Shown here in pieces: positions 24,449-36,756 of a stretch of DNA of 64,000 nt. Source of the stretch: Bacillota bacterium (GTDB lineage Bacteria > Bacillota > Dehalobacteriia > UBA4068); contig JBMNFI010000001.1 of the NCBI GenBank assembly GCA_050949225.1, positions 596,378 through 660,377 of the forward strand. The letters run 5' to 3'. The position numbers and the translations under genes were made by a program. Below the pieces are notes generated by a model, which did not search any database, was not told the origin of the DNA, and worked only from the letters and a program-made list of their open reading frames with translations. Positions within the stretch are counted from its first letter, which is position 1, and every line of letters begins with the position of its first letter.

Positions 24449-25072
24449 TTAATCCCTCTTTATTTGATAAGTCAATTGCCCTTTTTGCCCCGCCAAAAGC
24501 TTTCCTAACTCCCGGCTGGCCGCAAAAGACAGCGGCATTTTTTCATCGTTCAGATACAACTCACCCCAAGGCACAGGCTGCCAATCATAAGCCACTTGCT
24601 CCACCAAATCTACCAACGCGCTTACATCGGTCAGGGCAGAATAAAGAGGTATGTCCCTATATTTACCGCTTAGCTGGTTGACTATTTGCCCAGCAATCGC
24701 AAACACTGTATCATTAAGCCTTTCATCAATTTCGGCCGTATTGTGTGCTGTAATAATTTTAGGTAAGGGACAGTCAAAAACCCCCTCTAAAATCACATAA
24801 TCGTGATGATAATGATCAAGAATTTCCTCTAAAGGAATCATCCTTTGGTATAAAATATCCGTCTCATACATCCCACGAGCGGTAACCAGTTGCGAGCCGG
24901 CCATTTTATGCCGATACGTGTTAGAGCCTTCCGTATCAATAGCAAACTTTTCAAAGTGAATCTCCTTGACGCTGCCCACAGAATAACCCCTGTTGCGTAA
25001 TTCACCGACAATCTTTTCCACCGTCGTCGTCTTTCCGGATTTTGTGATACCACATACAGCAATCACTTTCAT
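24449..25072 (-). CDS. MobB-like P-loop NTPase
   Basis: 207 aa. Walker A CGITKSGKTT followed by the MobB-like VKEIH...GSNTYRHKMAGSQLV. Only 1 nt separates it from the downstream kinase-like gene, so they are probably cotranscribed. Confidence 0.5.
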   Translation of the reverse strand: MKVIAVCGITKSGKTTTVEKIVGELRNRGYSVGSVKEIHFEKFAIDTEGSNTYRHKMAGSQLVTARGMYETDILYQRMIPLEEILDHYHHDYVILEGVFDCPLPKIITAHNTAEIDERLNDTVFAIAGQIVNQLSGKYRDIPLYSALTDVSALVDLVEQVAYDWQPVPWGELYLNDEKMPLSFAASRELGKLLAGQKGQLTYQIKRD

Positions 25073-25166
25073 GACAAAGCTCCCTTTTCATTTTATTTTG
25101 TCTTGCATTTATCATCATTTATAGATAAAATTATATCATATATGCATTATAAAGGAGGCCGCCCCC

Positions 25167-25553
25167 TTGAAACGCTGGGACATTCTCTTGATTATCGTTC
25201 TAATAGCTGCCGCCGCCCTCATTTGGCTGTCTTTTTCCACGCAAAAAAACATCGAAAAAGGTGTGGCCGTAATCCGCATAAATGGAGAGGAAACGCAAAC
25301 CCTTGATCTTTCTTTTGATGATACCTATACAATCAAAGGTCAAAACTTTTCCTGCGAAGTTACAGTGAAAAACGGCAGCGTAGGCATCACAAAATCACCC
25401 TGTCCCGATCAAACCTGCATCCATATGGGCTTTATCAATCAGCCTAATCGCACCATTGTTTGCCTGCCTAATCTTTTGAGCATCTCAATAAGAGAAACAT
25501 CCGCAAAAGATCAGCATAAAGATCAGCATGATGTAGATACTATTACTTTCTAG
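25167..25553 (+). CDS. NusG domain II (DUF1312)-containing membrane-anchored protein
   Basis: TTG start after AAAGGAGG. An N-terminal TM helix and a PCPDQTCIHMGFI motif typical of NusG_II proteins. Confidence 0.6.
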   Translation: MKRWDILLIIVLIAAAALIWLSFSTQKNIEKGVAVIRINGEETQTLDLSFDDTYTIKGQNFSCEVTVKNGSVGITKSPCPDQTCIHMGFINQPNRTIVCLPNLLSISIRETSAKDQHKDQHDVDTITF

Positions 25554-25568
25554 AAAAGAGGTTTTAGC

Positions 25569-26066
25569 TTGACTACCCGTCGCCTGACCACCATCGCCAT
25601 CCTGACAGCTATGGCAATTGTTTTACACCTTGTGGAAAGTCTGTTTCCTGCCCCTTTGCCGATCCCCGGGGTTAAGCTGGGACTGGCTAATATCATTACG
25701 ATTATCGCCTTAGTCTTGGTGGACTGGAAGGCTGCCCTTTCCGTGGCGGTTTTGCGCACCGTAATCGGTTCACTGTTGTCAGGAACCTTTTTCTCCGTAA
25801 CCTTTATTCTCAGCTTTAGCGGAGCCATCTTGGCAGCTTTAATTATGGTGCTGATCTATCTTAAATTTCCCAAATTCAGCATTATCGGTATCAGCATCGC
25901 TGGAGCCGTCATGCATAATATTGCCCAACTGGGAGCGGCCGCCCTGATTATCGATCAACCCGGCATTTACTACTACCTGCCTGTCCTTTTAATCGCCGCT
26001 ATCCCAACCGGCATCATTACCGGTCTCCTGGCCTCTCTTTTATGTAAACGTTTAAAAAAAAGCTAG
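25569..26066 (+). CDS. Gx transporter family protein (heptaprenyl diphosphate synthase component I-like, PF07456)
   Basis: 165 aa with 5 TM helices. Starts (TTG) TTRRLTTIAILTAMAIVLHLVESLFPAPLPIPGVKLGLANIITIIAL. Confidence 0.65.
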   Translation: MTTRRLTTIAILTAMAIVLHLVESLFPAPLPIPGVKLGLANIITIIALVLVDWKAALSVAVLRTVIGSLLSGTFFSVTFILSFSGAILAALIMVLIYLKFPKFSIIGISIAGAVMHNIAQLGAAALIIDQPGIYYYLPVLLIAAIPTGIITGLLASLLCKRLKKS

Positions 26067-26121
26067 CTTGCCACTGCTCTTATCTCCCTGCAATCGGTCG
26101 GGAGATTTTTTTTAATCGGTT

Positions 26122-27132
26122 TTAGTCAACAATAATCAAATACTCGTTCATCCCCGGTGAAGCGGTCATCTTTCCATCCTCATCCATAATAACAGTCCAA
26201 GCTTCTTCTCCTTGCGTAAGGATCTTTTTATAATCATTAGGCCCTAAAACGAAAACAGCCGTTGAAAGCATATCCGCCATCGCAGAATTTTCACAAATCA
26301 CGGTTGCAAAAACACTTTCATCAGCCGGCATCCCGGTTTGCGGATTCAAAATATGGTGATAACGCTTCCCGTCCACCTCAAAAAAACGCTGGTCATCCCC
26401 AGAGGTCACTACCGACTTGTTGATCACTTCAATAATACCAACCAGCTCTCGTCCATCTTCAGGACGCGGGTTTCTAATCCCAATTCGCCAAGGTTTACCA
26501 TCCGGCATACTCCCTAAAGCATAAACATTACCGCCGGCATTAATCACAGCATGCTTAATTCCGGCCTCTTTTAGGGCCGCTACCGCACAATCAGTCGCAT
26601 ACCCCTTAGCCACAGCACCTAAATCAATGACTGTATCATTTTTAACCGTAATTGTACGATTGTTTTCATCAATAATAATATTTTTATCATTAATCGAAGG
26701 TAAGATTTTTTGCAGTTCAGCCTCGCTGGGAAGATGCTTTTTTCCGTTAAAATCCCACAAATCCATCACAGCGCCAATTGCTATGCTGAAAGACCCCCCG
26801 CTTTTTTTTCCCATTTCTAAAGCTTGTGTCACCATCTGCCAAAGGTCATCACTAACCTGAACAGCCTCCCCTTGCGCCTGATTAACTTGATAAAGCTCGC
26901 TTTTTTTATCAAAACGATCACTAATTTGTTCAATCCGTGCATATTCTTGTTCGGCCGCCTTACAAGCTGCCTTCGCCTCACTTTCATTAGCGGCATAAAC
27001 CTGCATGTCAATAACTGTATCCATGTAATATGTTTCAGAGGTATAAACAGTTAAGTCAAGATCGTTATCGTGCGCACAAGCACTTAAAAATGTGCTGAAC
27101 AAAACCACTAAAATCACCATCAGTTTTTTCAT
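26122..27132 (-). CDS. apbE: FAD:protein FMN transferase ApbE, lipoprotein
   Basis: 336 aa. Lipoprotein signal MKKLMVILVVLFSTFLSAC. An ApbE family fold (AVAKGYATD..., GDDQRFFEVDGKRYHHILNPQTGMP). Confidence 0.8.
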   Translation of the reverse strand: MKKLMVILVVLFSTFLSACAHDNDLDLTVYTSETYYMDTVIDMQVYAANESEAKAACKAAEQEYARIEQISDRFDKKSELYQVNQAQGEAVQVSDDLWQMVTQALEMGKKSGGSFSIAIGAVMDLWDFNGKKHLPSEAELQKILPSINDKNIIIDENNRTITVKNDTVIDLGAVAKGYATDCAVAALKEAGIKHAVINAGGNVYALGSMPDGKPWRIGIRNPRPEDGRELVGIIEVINKSVVTSGDDQRFFEVDGKRYHHILNPQTGMPADESVFATVICENSAMADMLSTAVFVLGPNDYKKILTQGEEAWTVIMDEDGKMTASPGMNEYLIIVD

Positions 27133-27268
27133 AAACTTTTCATCCCCTCTTATTTCAAAAGGCTCATAATTTTCCCCTTATTGTCCCAATTGTATTAATT
27201 GTTGCATCAATTATTATATTAATTATTGTATTAATTGTAATGAAAAAATCACCACTTTGTCAAGCATG

Positions 27269-27298
27269 ACAGCCTAACCGCTTAAGCGGTTAGGCTGT
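27269..27298 (-). terminator. Perfect 13-bp hairpin (acagcctaaccgc ttaa gcggttaggctgt) downstream of gyrA; U-run is distal, so a weak terminator or processing site
   Basis: Inverted repeat seen directly. Confidence 0.4.
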
Positions 27299-27316
27299 AG
27301 CAAAATACTCTTTATA

Positions 27317-29815
27317 TTATTCTTCCGCCAACTCATCTTCTACCGCCACAGTTTCTTCATCAGAGGTCGGTTCAAAATACTCCTCGTCCTCTTCTCTGGC
27401 GATCACCTTAGCCATATCGACGACAACATCGCCCTCATCAAGCTTAATTACACGCACTCCCTGAGCATATCTGCCCTGTTCAGAGATATCAGAAACCTGC
27501 ATCCTGATAATGATCCCCTCACGAGAAATAATCATCACTTCATCCCCATCACGCACCACCTCAATCACTGCTAAGTGACCGGTCTTTTCGTTGCAACGCA
27601 TGGCATAAATACCTTTGCCGCCACGCTTGGTTTTGCGGAAATCATCGAGAGGAGTTCGTTTACCATAACCTTTTTCCGACACCACCAACAATTCATCAAG
27701 CTCCTGCATAGAATCCATGCTAACCACATAATCAGCCAAGCCAAGCCTAATGCCACGGACCCCGCGTGCGGATCTGCCCATAGGCCGGACATCGTTTTCA
27801 TCAAAACGAATTGCTGATCCCATGGCAGTAGAAAGCACTATATCGTCCTGCCCCCCGGTCAGCTTAACGTTGAGCAGCTCATCCCCCTCATCAAGCGTAA
27901 TAGCAACAATGCCCTTAACCCTGCTGGAGAAATAATTACTCAAAACACCACGCTTGACTATCCCTCTTGCTGTACACATGAAAAGGTATTGATCATCAGT
28001 AAACTCTCTGATCGGGATAATCGCCGTAACAGTGTCACCGCCCTCTAAAGCCAGCAAATTAACAATGGCAGTCCCTTTGGCCTGCCTGCCGGCTTCTGGA
28101 ATCTCGTAAACCTTCAAGCGGTAAGCCCGACCTTTGTTAGTGAAAATTAACAGGTAATGATGCGTGGTCGTGATAAACATCTGTTCCACAAAATCTTCCT
28201 GCTTAATTCCCATGCCGGTGACACCGCGTCCGCCTCTTCTTTGTTGACGATAGGTGCTGGTATTAAGTCGCTTAATATAACCATTTTTGGTGATGGTTAT
28301 TACCATATCTTCTTCAGCAATCAAATCCTCATCCGACATTTCCTCATGGGATCTGGTTATCACCGTACGCCTCTCATCAGTGTATTTTTCGGCCATTGTT
28401 TGCAGCTCTTCTTTTATAGTAAATAATAACAATCTTTCATTGCTTAAAATCTCCGTCAGGTAAGAGATCGTTTTAATTAATTCTTTGTATTCTTCATCTA
28501 ATTTTTCCCTCTCCAAACCGGTCAGGGCTCGCAAACGCATCTCCAAAATCGCCTGTGCTTGAATTTGCGAGAGACTAAAACGCTCCATCAGCTTACCCCT
28601 GGCATCCTCAGTGCTGGAGGCGGAACGAATAATCCCCACAATTTCATCAATATAATCAAGAGCAATTTTCAAACCTTCTACAATATGTGCCCTATCCTGG
28701 GCTTTTTTAAGCTCAAAACGACTGCGGCGAATAATAATATCCTTTTGATGTTCTATATAATGCTCTAAAACCTCTTTAAGATTTAAGACTTGCGGAACTC
28801 CATCCACCAAAGCCAAAGTAATCACACCAAAAGAAACCTGCATTTGTGTCTGTTTATATAATTGATTGAGCAATACATGAGCATTAACATCCTTTTTAAG
28901 CTCAACCACTACCCGCATGCCATCCTTATCACTCTCATCACGCAAGTCGGAAATACCTTCGACTTTTTTATCACGTGCCAAACCGGCAATCTTTTCAACC
29001 AAAGTAGCCTTATTGACCTGATATGGTAATTCAGTAATCAAAATACGCTGTCTGCCGTTATTAAGACTCTCGATTGTCGCCTTGGCCCTGATTTGAATAG
29101 ATCCACGCCCTGTTTCATAAGCCGAGCGAATACCCTCTGTACCTAAAATAATGCCCGCTGTGGGAAAATCTGGTCCGGGAATTTTTTGCATCAATTCAGC
29201 AATTGAAATGTCCGGATTGTCAATTAAAGCAACTATTCCATCACAAACTTCTTTTAAATTGTGCGGAGGAATATTAGTAGCCATGCCCACGGCAATCCCT
29301 GAAGAACCGTTAACCAAAAGATTGGGTAAGCGTGCCGGAAGTACTGCCGGCTCCTTCTCGCTGCCGTCATAGTTATCAACAAAATCTACAGTATCTTTAT
29401 TAATATCGGCCATTAATTCCATAGAAAAACGCTTGAGCTTGACCTCTGTATAACGCATGGCCGCTGCCCCGTCTCCATCTACAGAACCAAAGTTACCTTG
29501 CCCATCCACCAATAAATAACGAATAGAAAAATCCTGCGCCATACGCACCAAAGCGTCATAAACAGCGGTATCACCATGAGGATGATATTTACCCAAAACG
29601 TCACCCACAATACGAGCAGACTTTTTATGCGGCTTATCAGGCGAAATACCTTGTTCATACATCGAATAAAGAATACGCCTGTGTACAGGTTTGAAGCCAT
29701 CCCTCACATCCGGCAGGGCTCGTCCTACGATTACGCTCATTGCATAGTCAATGTAGGATTTTTTCATTTCTGTTTCAATATTTCTTTTAAGAATCTTACC
29801 GTTGGTATAATCCAT
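27317..29815 (-). CDS. gyrA: DNA gyrase subunit A
   Basis: 832 aa containing [31 protein letters not shown] and the active-site region AAMRYTE. Confidence 0.97.
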   Translation of the reverse strand: MDYTNGKILKRNIETEMKKSYIDYAMSVIVGRALPDVRDGFKPVHRRILYSMYEQGISPDKPHKKSARIVGDVLGKYHPHGDTAVYDALVRMAQDFSIRYLLVDGQGNFGSVDGDGAAAMRYTEVKLKRFSMELMADINKDTVDFVDNYDGSEKEPAVLPARLPNLLVNGSSGIAVGMATNIPPHNLKEVCDGIVALIDNPDISIAELMQKIPGPDFPTAGIILGTEGIRSAYETGRGSIQIRAKATIESLNNGRQRILITELPYQVNKATLVEKIAGLARDKKVEGISDLRDESDKDGMRVVVELKKDVNAHVLLNQLYKQTQMQVSFGVITLALVDGVPQVLNLKEVLEHYIEHQKDIIIRRSRFELKKAQDRAHIVEGLKIALDYIDEIVGIIRSASSTEDARGKLMERFSLSQIQAQAILEMRLRALTGLEREKLDEEYKELIKTISYLTEILSNERLLLFTIKEELQTMAEKYTDERRTVITRSHEEMSDEDLIAEEDMVITITKNGYIKRLNTSTYRQQRRGGRGVTGMGIKQEDFVEQMFITTTHHYLLIFTNKGRAYRLKVYEIPEAGRQAKGTAIVNLLALEGGDTVTAIIPIREFTDDQYLFMCTARGIVKRGVLSNYFSSRVKGIVAITLDEGDELLNVKLTGGQDDIVLSTAMGSAIRFDENDVRPMGRSARGVRGIRLGLADYVVSMDSMQELDELLVVSEKGYGKRTPLDDFRKTKRGGKGIYAMRCNEKTGHLAVIEVVRDGDEVMIISREGIIIRMQVSDISEQGRYAQGVRVIKLDEGDVVVDMAKVIAREEDEEYFEPTSDEETVAVEDELAEE

Positions 29816-29834
29816 CGTTTATTTTTCGCCCTCC

Positions 29835-31832
<1,998 letters not shown>

Positions 31833-32072
31833 TTACATAGTTATTTATATTACTAAATAATTATACCATAAAATGCCCTGCATGACAATGTTTTCTTCAT
31901 ATAAATATACTAAAAATGTTTTTTCACAAAATTACCTGCAAAAGTCAAAAATAATCCCCTAAAAAGCTTTTTTAAAGAAAGGAAAATTATACAAATAGAG
32001 AGAAGATAGTTTATATTAAGATAGTAGAATATAGCAGAAAAAAGCTAAAGAATTTCTCAAAGGAGAGTTGTG

Positions 32073-32948
32073 ATGACACGGATACTATATGGTAAAGAAG
32101 TTGCCGAATTGGTCAAGGAAAACAATCTGCAAAAAGCCAACCAATTAAGAGCACAAAATATTATCCCCCGCTTAGGCATTATTCGCGTGGGAGAAAGACC
32201 GGATGATCTTTATTATCAAAAAAGTCTGGAAAAAGTTTGTGCTGCTGCTAATGTGGACTGTCGGCTTACCCCCCTTGCAGAAAAGGTAGAGCAAACGGCT
32301 TTAGAAAAAGCCATTTCCACCCTTAGCGCCGATAGCGATGTTCATGGGATCTTGCTTTTTAACCCCCTGCCCCGACATTTGGACAGTAAAAAAGCCAAAG
32401 AACTCATCTCACCCCTCAAAGATGTTGACTGCTTGACCAAAGCCTCTGCGGCTAATGTTTTCACCGACGAGCCGGAAAGCTTTGCCCCCTGCACGGCCGC
32501 TGCCGTCATGGAGCTATTGCAGCATTATCAACTTCCTCTGGCAGGAAAAAGGGTAACCATCGTCGGTCGCTCTTTGGTGGTTGGTAAACCACTGGCCATG
32601 CTGATGATGAAAGAAAACGCTACGGTAACAATCTGTCATTCACGCACCAAAGACCTCCCCGGAGTTTGCAGGGAAGCAGATATTTTAGTAGCCGCCATCG
32701 GCAAAGCACAATTAATCGACCATAATTATGTTAAAAAAGGACAAATTGTCATCGATGTCGGCATCAATCCCCATCCGCACAAAACGGGGCATATTTGCGG
32801 TGACCTTGATTATGATAACATCTTACCTATAGTAGAGGCAATTACGCCCGTACCGGGTGGCGTAGGTAGCGTTACAAGCAGCATTCTCCTGCGGCAGACT
32901 ATCCAAGCTTGCCAAAAAATACAACAGCTGGTTAAAAAACAATGCTAA
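32073..32948 (+). CDS. folD: Bifunctional methylenetetrahydrofolate dehydrogenase/cyclohydrolase
   Basis: The ATG 5 nt after AGGAGAG gives MTRILYGKEVAELVKENNLQKANQL.... The motif IVGRSLVVGKPLAMLMM is present. Confidence 0.93.
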   Translation: MTRILYGKEVAELVKENNLQKANQLRAQNIIPRLGIIRVGERPDDLYYQKSLEKVCAAANVDCRLTPLAEKVEQTALEKAISTLSADSDVHGILLFNPLPRHLDSKKAKELISPLKDVDCLTKASAANVFTDEPESFAPCTAAAVMELLQHYQLPLAGKRVTIVGRSLVVGKPLAMLMMKENATVTICHSRTKDLPGVCREADILVAAIGKAQLIDHNYVKKGQIVIDVGINPHPHKTGHICGDLDYDNILPIVEAITPVPGGVGSVTSSILLRQTIQACQKIQQLVKKQC

Positions 32949-33598
32949 ATACATCTCCTTCACATCAGCCGGTGCAAATCACACTTAAAGATCTTGCTCC
33001 CTGCCAACTGGGCTATCAGATCAAGATTCTTGATGAAGCGGCTACCATCTCTGATTATCTGGAGGCTCTCCGGTTATTCGCCGAGCAAACACTGGCCGAT
33101 TGTAAAGGCTGTGATGGTTGCTGCTTTGAAAGAGCACCCCTAACTATTCTTGATGTGGATAGACTGGCTAAACTTTGCCCCGACTCAAATTATCCGGCTC
33201 ATCAAGTAGTTAAATATTTTGGCGAGCTGCACACTTTTTCCGACGGCGCCCTGGATATCACGCTTAGACGACCTCATGGTCAGGCTTGCTTGCTTTTGGA
33301 TCAAAAAAACAAGTGCTGCTCACAGCATCAAGCGCGGCCTTTTGTCTGCCGCAGCCACTTTTGCCTGCCGCCGGATGCGACCGTGCATGAGCTGCGCAGC
33401 TTAATTACTAACTTTGGCCTGGATGCACTAATTGTACAGCTTTATGAAGAGGAAAAAGCCGGTGCAGCAAAAATCTTACCTGATTTACAAATAGAGGATT
33501 ATCAAAATTCACCTTTGATCGGAAAAACCCAAGCTGAACAAGTGTTAATCAAAGCCATCAGCCCCGCTAGTTTTTGGGAGACTGTTTTTGATAAATAA
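32942..33598 (+). CDS. YkgJ/UPF0153-family putative Zn/Fe-S cluster protein (CxxCxGCC...)
   Basis: 218 aa. Cys clusters CKGCDGCCFE and CCSQHQARPFVCRSHFC. The start overlaps the folD stop (ATGCTAA). Confidence 0.55.
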   Translation: MLNTSPSHQPVQITLKDLAPCQLGYQIKILDEAATISDYLEALRLFAEQTLADCKGCDGCCFERAPLTILDVDRLAKLCPDSNYPAHQVVKYFGELHTFSDGALDITLRRPHGQACLLLDQKNKCCSQHQARPFVCRSHFCLPPDATVHELRSLITNFGLDALIVQLYEEEKAGAAKILPDLQIEDYQNSPLIGKTQAEQVLIKAISPASFWETVFDK

Positions 33599-33660
33599 CA
33601 TAGCTTTAACTGATCATCTAACTATTTTTAGCCGACAGAAATATTAAAGGAGGAAAAATT

Positions 33661-34842
33661 ATGCAAAGCTTCGAATTTTACAGCCCGACTAAAGTTGTCT
33701 TCGGCAAGAACTCCGAACAAAAAGCAGCTGAACTTGTTCAAGAGTTTGCAGGTCGCAAGGTTTTATTGCATTATGGCTCTCAAAGTGCAAAAAAAAGCGG
33801 CCTGGTAGATAAGGTTACCGATATCCTGCAACAGGCAGGTCTTGCTGTGGTTGAACTGGGAGGTGTTGTTCCCAACCCTCGCCTCAGCATGGTCAGAAAA
33901 GGTATTGAGCTGGGGAAAAAAGCAGGTGTTGACTTCGTCTTAGCTCTCGGCGGCGGCAGCGTAATCGACTCCTCCAAGGCTATTGCCATCGGTCTTTATC
34001 ACCAAAAAATCGATATCTGGGATTATTTTTTACGTAAAGTTAAAATCAGCGGCACCCTACCCGTAGGTGTGATCTTAACTATCGCTGCCGCCGGCAGTGA
34101 AACCAGTAATTCCAGCGTTATTACAAATGAAGACGGCTGGATTAAAAGAGGGATGGCCAATGATTTAACGCGGCCCAAATTTGCCATTATGAATCCTGAA
34201 TTTACTTATAGCCTGCCACAATACCAAACTGTTTGCGGCGTTACCGATATCATTATGCACACTTTGGATCGTTATTTTGCTCCTCCGGCCGAAAATGAAA
34301 TGACTGATGCCATTGCCGAAGGATTGCTGCGCACAGTCATTAGAAATGGTCGTCTGGTTCTGGATTCTCCGCAGGACTATCAGATTCGTTCTGAAATCAT
34401 GTGGGCTGGCAGCCTTTCACACAACACCCTAACCGGTCTGGGGCGGCAGCATGATTTTGCCGTACACCAGCTAGGTCATGAATTGTCCGGAAAGTTTGAC
34501 GTTGCACACGGTGCCTCTTTATCGACTATGTGGGCGACCTGGGCACGCTATGTCTATCAAAAGGACATCCCCCGCTTTGCCCGCTTTGCGGCCAAAATCT
34601 GGGATATTCAAGATGAAGACCACAAAAAAGCCGCTCTGGCCGGCATCAAAAAAACTGAAGGTTATTTCACCGAGCTGGGTATGCCCACAACCATCAGTCA
34701 ATTAGTGGGACGAACCTTAACAGAAACAGAACTAACTGATCTGGCCGAAAAATGCAGCTTCTTTAAAACACGCAAAATTGGCTCCTTCTACCCCGCCGAT
34801 TTTGAAATGATCCATGAACTTTATACGCTTAATAATAAATAA
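33661..34842 (+). CDS. Iron-containing alcohol dehydrogenase (butanol/1,3-propanediol DH family)
   Basis: 393 aa. Contains GGGSVIDSSKAIA (GGGS NAD motif) and the metal-binding His in HGASLSTMW. Confidence 0.88.
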   Translation: MQSFEFYSPTKVVFGKNSEQKAAELVQEFAGRKVLLHYGSQSAKKSGLVDKVTDILQQAGLAVVELGGVVPNPRLSMVRKGIELGKKAGVDFVLALGGGSVIDSSKAIAIGLYHQKIDIWDYFLRKVKISGTLPVGVILTIAAAGSETSNSSVITNEDGWIKRGMANDLTRPKFAIMNPEFTYSLPQYQTVCGVTDIIMHTLDRYFAPPAENEMTDAIAEGLLRTVIRNGRLVLDSPQDYQIRSEIMWAGSLSHNTLTGLGRQHDFAVHQLGHELSGKFDVAHGASLSTMWATWARYVYQKDIPRFARFAAKIWDIQDEDHKKAALAGIKKTEGYFTELGMPTTISQLVGRTLTETELTDLAEKCSFFKTRKIGSFYPADFEMIHELYTLNNK

Positions 34843-34905
34843 AACTTGCAGTAATTCTACTCAGGTTTAATAAGGCCTAATAAGGATTAATAAGGAGGTG
34901 AAAAC

Positions 34906-35109
34906 ATGCCTGTTATAACAATAGAAATGATGCCTCAGGACTACGAAAAAAAAGCCGAAATCTCTAAAGTGTTTACCGATGAGCTAAGCAGAATCACAAA
35001 TGTCCCTAAAGAACCAATTGTGGTCTTATTCCATGACTTATCCCCGGAACATGTCGCAGCCGGTGGCGAAATGCTGAAAGAAAAGTTTAAAAAAGAACCA
35101 CCGAAATAA
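34906..35109 (+). CDS. Tautomerase (4-oxalocrotonate tautomerase family)
   Basis: 67 aa. N-terminal MPVITIEM (catalytic Pro1). Typical length and the ...HVAAGGEML pattern. Confidence 0.7.
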   Translation: MPVITIEMMPQDYEKKAEISKVFTDELSRITNVPKEPIVVLFHDLSPEHVAAGGEMLKEKFKKEPPK

Positions 35110-35128
35110 CATTGATCATGCTCTCTCA

Positions 35129-35158
35129 AAAAGAGGTGCTTTAAAGCACCTCTTTTTT
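35129..35158 (+). terminator. Rho-independent terminator (aaagaggtgctt ta aagcacctcttt + TTTT)
   Basis: Hairpin plus T-run 20 nt after the tautomerase stop. Confidence 0.7.
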
Positions 35159-35291
35159 AATTCCCTGTAACACTTTTATTTTCTTTACACCTTATCTTTC
35201 TTCATTAATTAAAATTCTTTACTAAAATTGACCGACTGATTAAACTACATCACAACTGATTTTGGCATCTTCCGACAGCTTCTTTTTATCT

Positions 35292-35321
35292 TTGACAGGA
35301 TTAAATTATTTTGAGTAGAAT
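35292..35321 (+). promoter_or_regulatory. Candidate sigma-A promoter for ridA (-35 TTGACA, 18-nt spacer, -10 TAGAAT)
   Basis: Consensus hexamers ~70 nt upstream of the ridA ATG. Confidence 0.45.
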
Positions 35322-35389
35322 ATTGTTATTGAGAAGAATCCCATACCAATAGATCTCTCATACATAATAAACGAAAGGGTGTAATACAT

Positions 35390-35770
35390 ATGATAAAGAA
35401 AATCGCCGTCACAACTAATAAAGCTCCCGCCGCCCTCGGTCCCTACTCCCTGGCCATCCAAAGTGATGAGCTGGTTTTTACCAGCGGGCAGCTGGGGATC
35501 AATGCCGCTGATAAAAAACTGCCGGCGGATATCGCCGCACAAACCAGACAAGCTTTAGAAAATATCAGCCACCTTCTGGAAGAAAGCGGCTGCAGCATTA
35601 ATCATGTTTTAAAAACAACCATTTTTTTAACTGATCTGAACGATTTTGATCAAGTAAATGAAGTTTATGGCACCTTTTTTCAAGAACCTTATCCGGCCCG
35701 CTCTACTTTTCAGGTGGCGGCCTTACCTGCCGGAGCCAAAGTAGAAATTGAGGCTATTGCCAGAAAATAA
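35390..35770 (+). CDS. ridA: RidA/YjgF family reactive-intermediate (enamine/imine) deaminase
   Basis: 126 aa starting MIKKIAVTTNKAPAALGPYSLAIQSDELVFTSGQLGI and containing PARSTFQVAALPAGAKVEIEAIA. Confidence 0.9.
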   Translation: MIKKIAVTTNKAPAALGPYSLAIQSDELVFTSGQLGINAADKKLPADIAAQTRQALENISHLLEESGCSINHVLKTTIFLTDLNDFDQVNEVYGTFFQEPYPARSTFQVAALPAGAKVEIEAIARK

Positions 35771-36643
35771 TCAGTTGCCATCGACTCTTTTTTGCCCGCG
35801 TCGGGGAAAATCACCCATCACATCATAAGTTTCATTAATCATCACGAAAGCCGCCGGATCGACTGCCTTAACAATGTCTTTTAAGTGTACCAGCTCCATT
35901 CGGCTAACCACGCAAATCAAAACATCCTTTTGTTCATGGCTAAATCCACCCGTGCCATCTACAATTGTTACACCGCGATTAAGCTCAAAAATGAGCCTTT
36001 GGGCAATCTCTTGCCCCTTGGTGCTGATGATCATCACATTACGCTTTGACTTAAATCCCTTTAAAACAGCATCAAAGGCATAAGCTGTAGCATATAAACT
36101 TACCATGGTATACATCGCTTTTTCAAAACCAAAAACAAAAGCCGCCAAACCCACAATGATCACATTACCGATTAAGGTTAATGTTCCCAGGCTAACATCC
36201 ATTCGTTTTTGCATTACCAAGGATACTATTTCGATGCCACCTGTTGAACCATAATAACGAATGATCAACCCGTCACCAATACCGACCACTACACCACCAA
36301 AAATACAGGCCAACAGTGGATTTGCGGTATAAGTAGGCAAATGCGGTTGTAAGAAAAAGAGTAAAATCCCCTGTAATGCAATCACCAGAACTGTATAAAT
36401 GGTAAAACGCCGGCTCAGCTTTTTCCAAGCCAGAATTAACAAAGGAATGTTAAAACCAACTACTAAAGCAGCCAGAGAAACCTGTGGTGCAAAATGATTT
36501 AAAACAGCCGCAATCCCAAAAACACCCCCGGCCAATAAATCATTGGGATATAAAAAGATACAAAAAGGAACCACAAAAATAAATGTACCGACAAACATAA
36601 AAAAGACATTTCTTGCTTCTTTACGCAGTGAAATCTTTTTCAT
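35771..36643 (-). CDS. YitT-family membrane protein (DUF161 + C-terminal DUF2179)
   Basis: 290 aa, multi-TM, with a C-terminal soluble domain. Typical YitT layout. Confidence 0.75.
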   Translation of the reverse strand: MKKISLRKEARNVFFMFVGTFIFVVPFCIFLYPNDLLAGGVFGIAAVLNHFAPQVSLAALVVGFNIPLLILAWKKLSRRFTIYTVLVIALQGILLFFLQPHLPTYTANPLLACIFGGVVVGIGDGLIIRYYGSTGGIEIVSLVMQKRMDVSLGTLTLIGNVIIVGLAAFVFGFEKAMYTMVSLYATAYAFDAVLKGFKSKRNVMIISTKGQEIAQRLIFELNRGVTIVDGTGGFSHEQKDVLICVVSRMELVHLKDIVKAVDPAAFVMINETYDVMGDFPRRGQKRVDGN

Positions 36644-36756
36644 GGCAATCTCCTTTCAACCAAGAGTTCACCTCAAATTTAATGTTATGAACTCACTTTA
36701 TTATAGCACTATTTATTATATCATTAAAGAGAATTAAATAAACGCAGGAGGCATAA

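Noticed and set aside
25103-25306. 67-aa Arg/His-rich plus-strand ORF overlapping the NusG_II gene start
   Set aside because: Alternative frame across the real gene's RBS and N-terminus. No SD.
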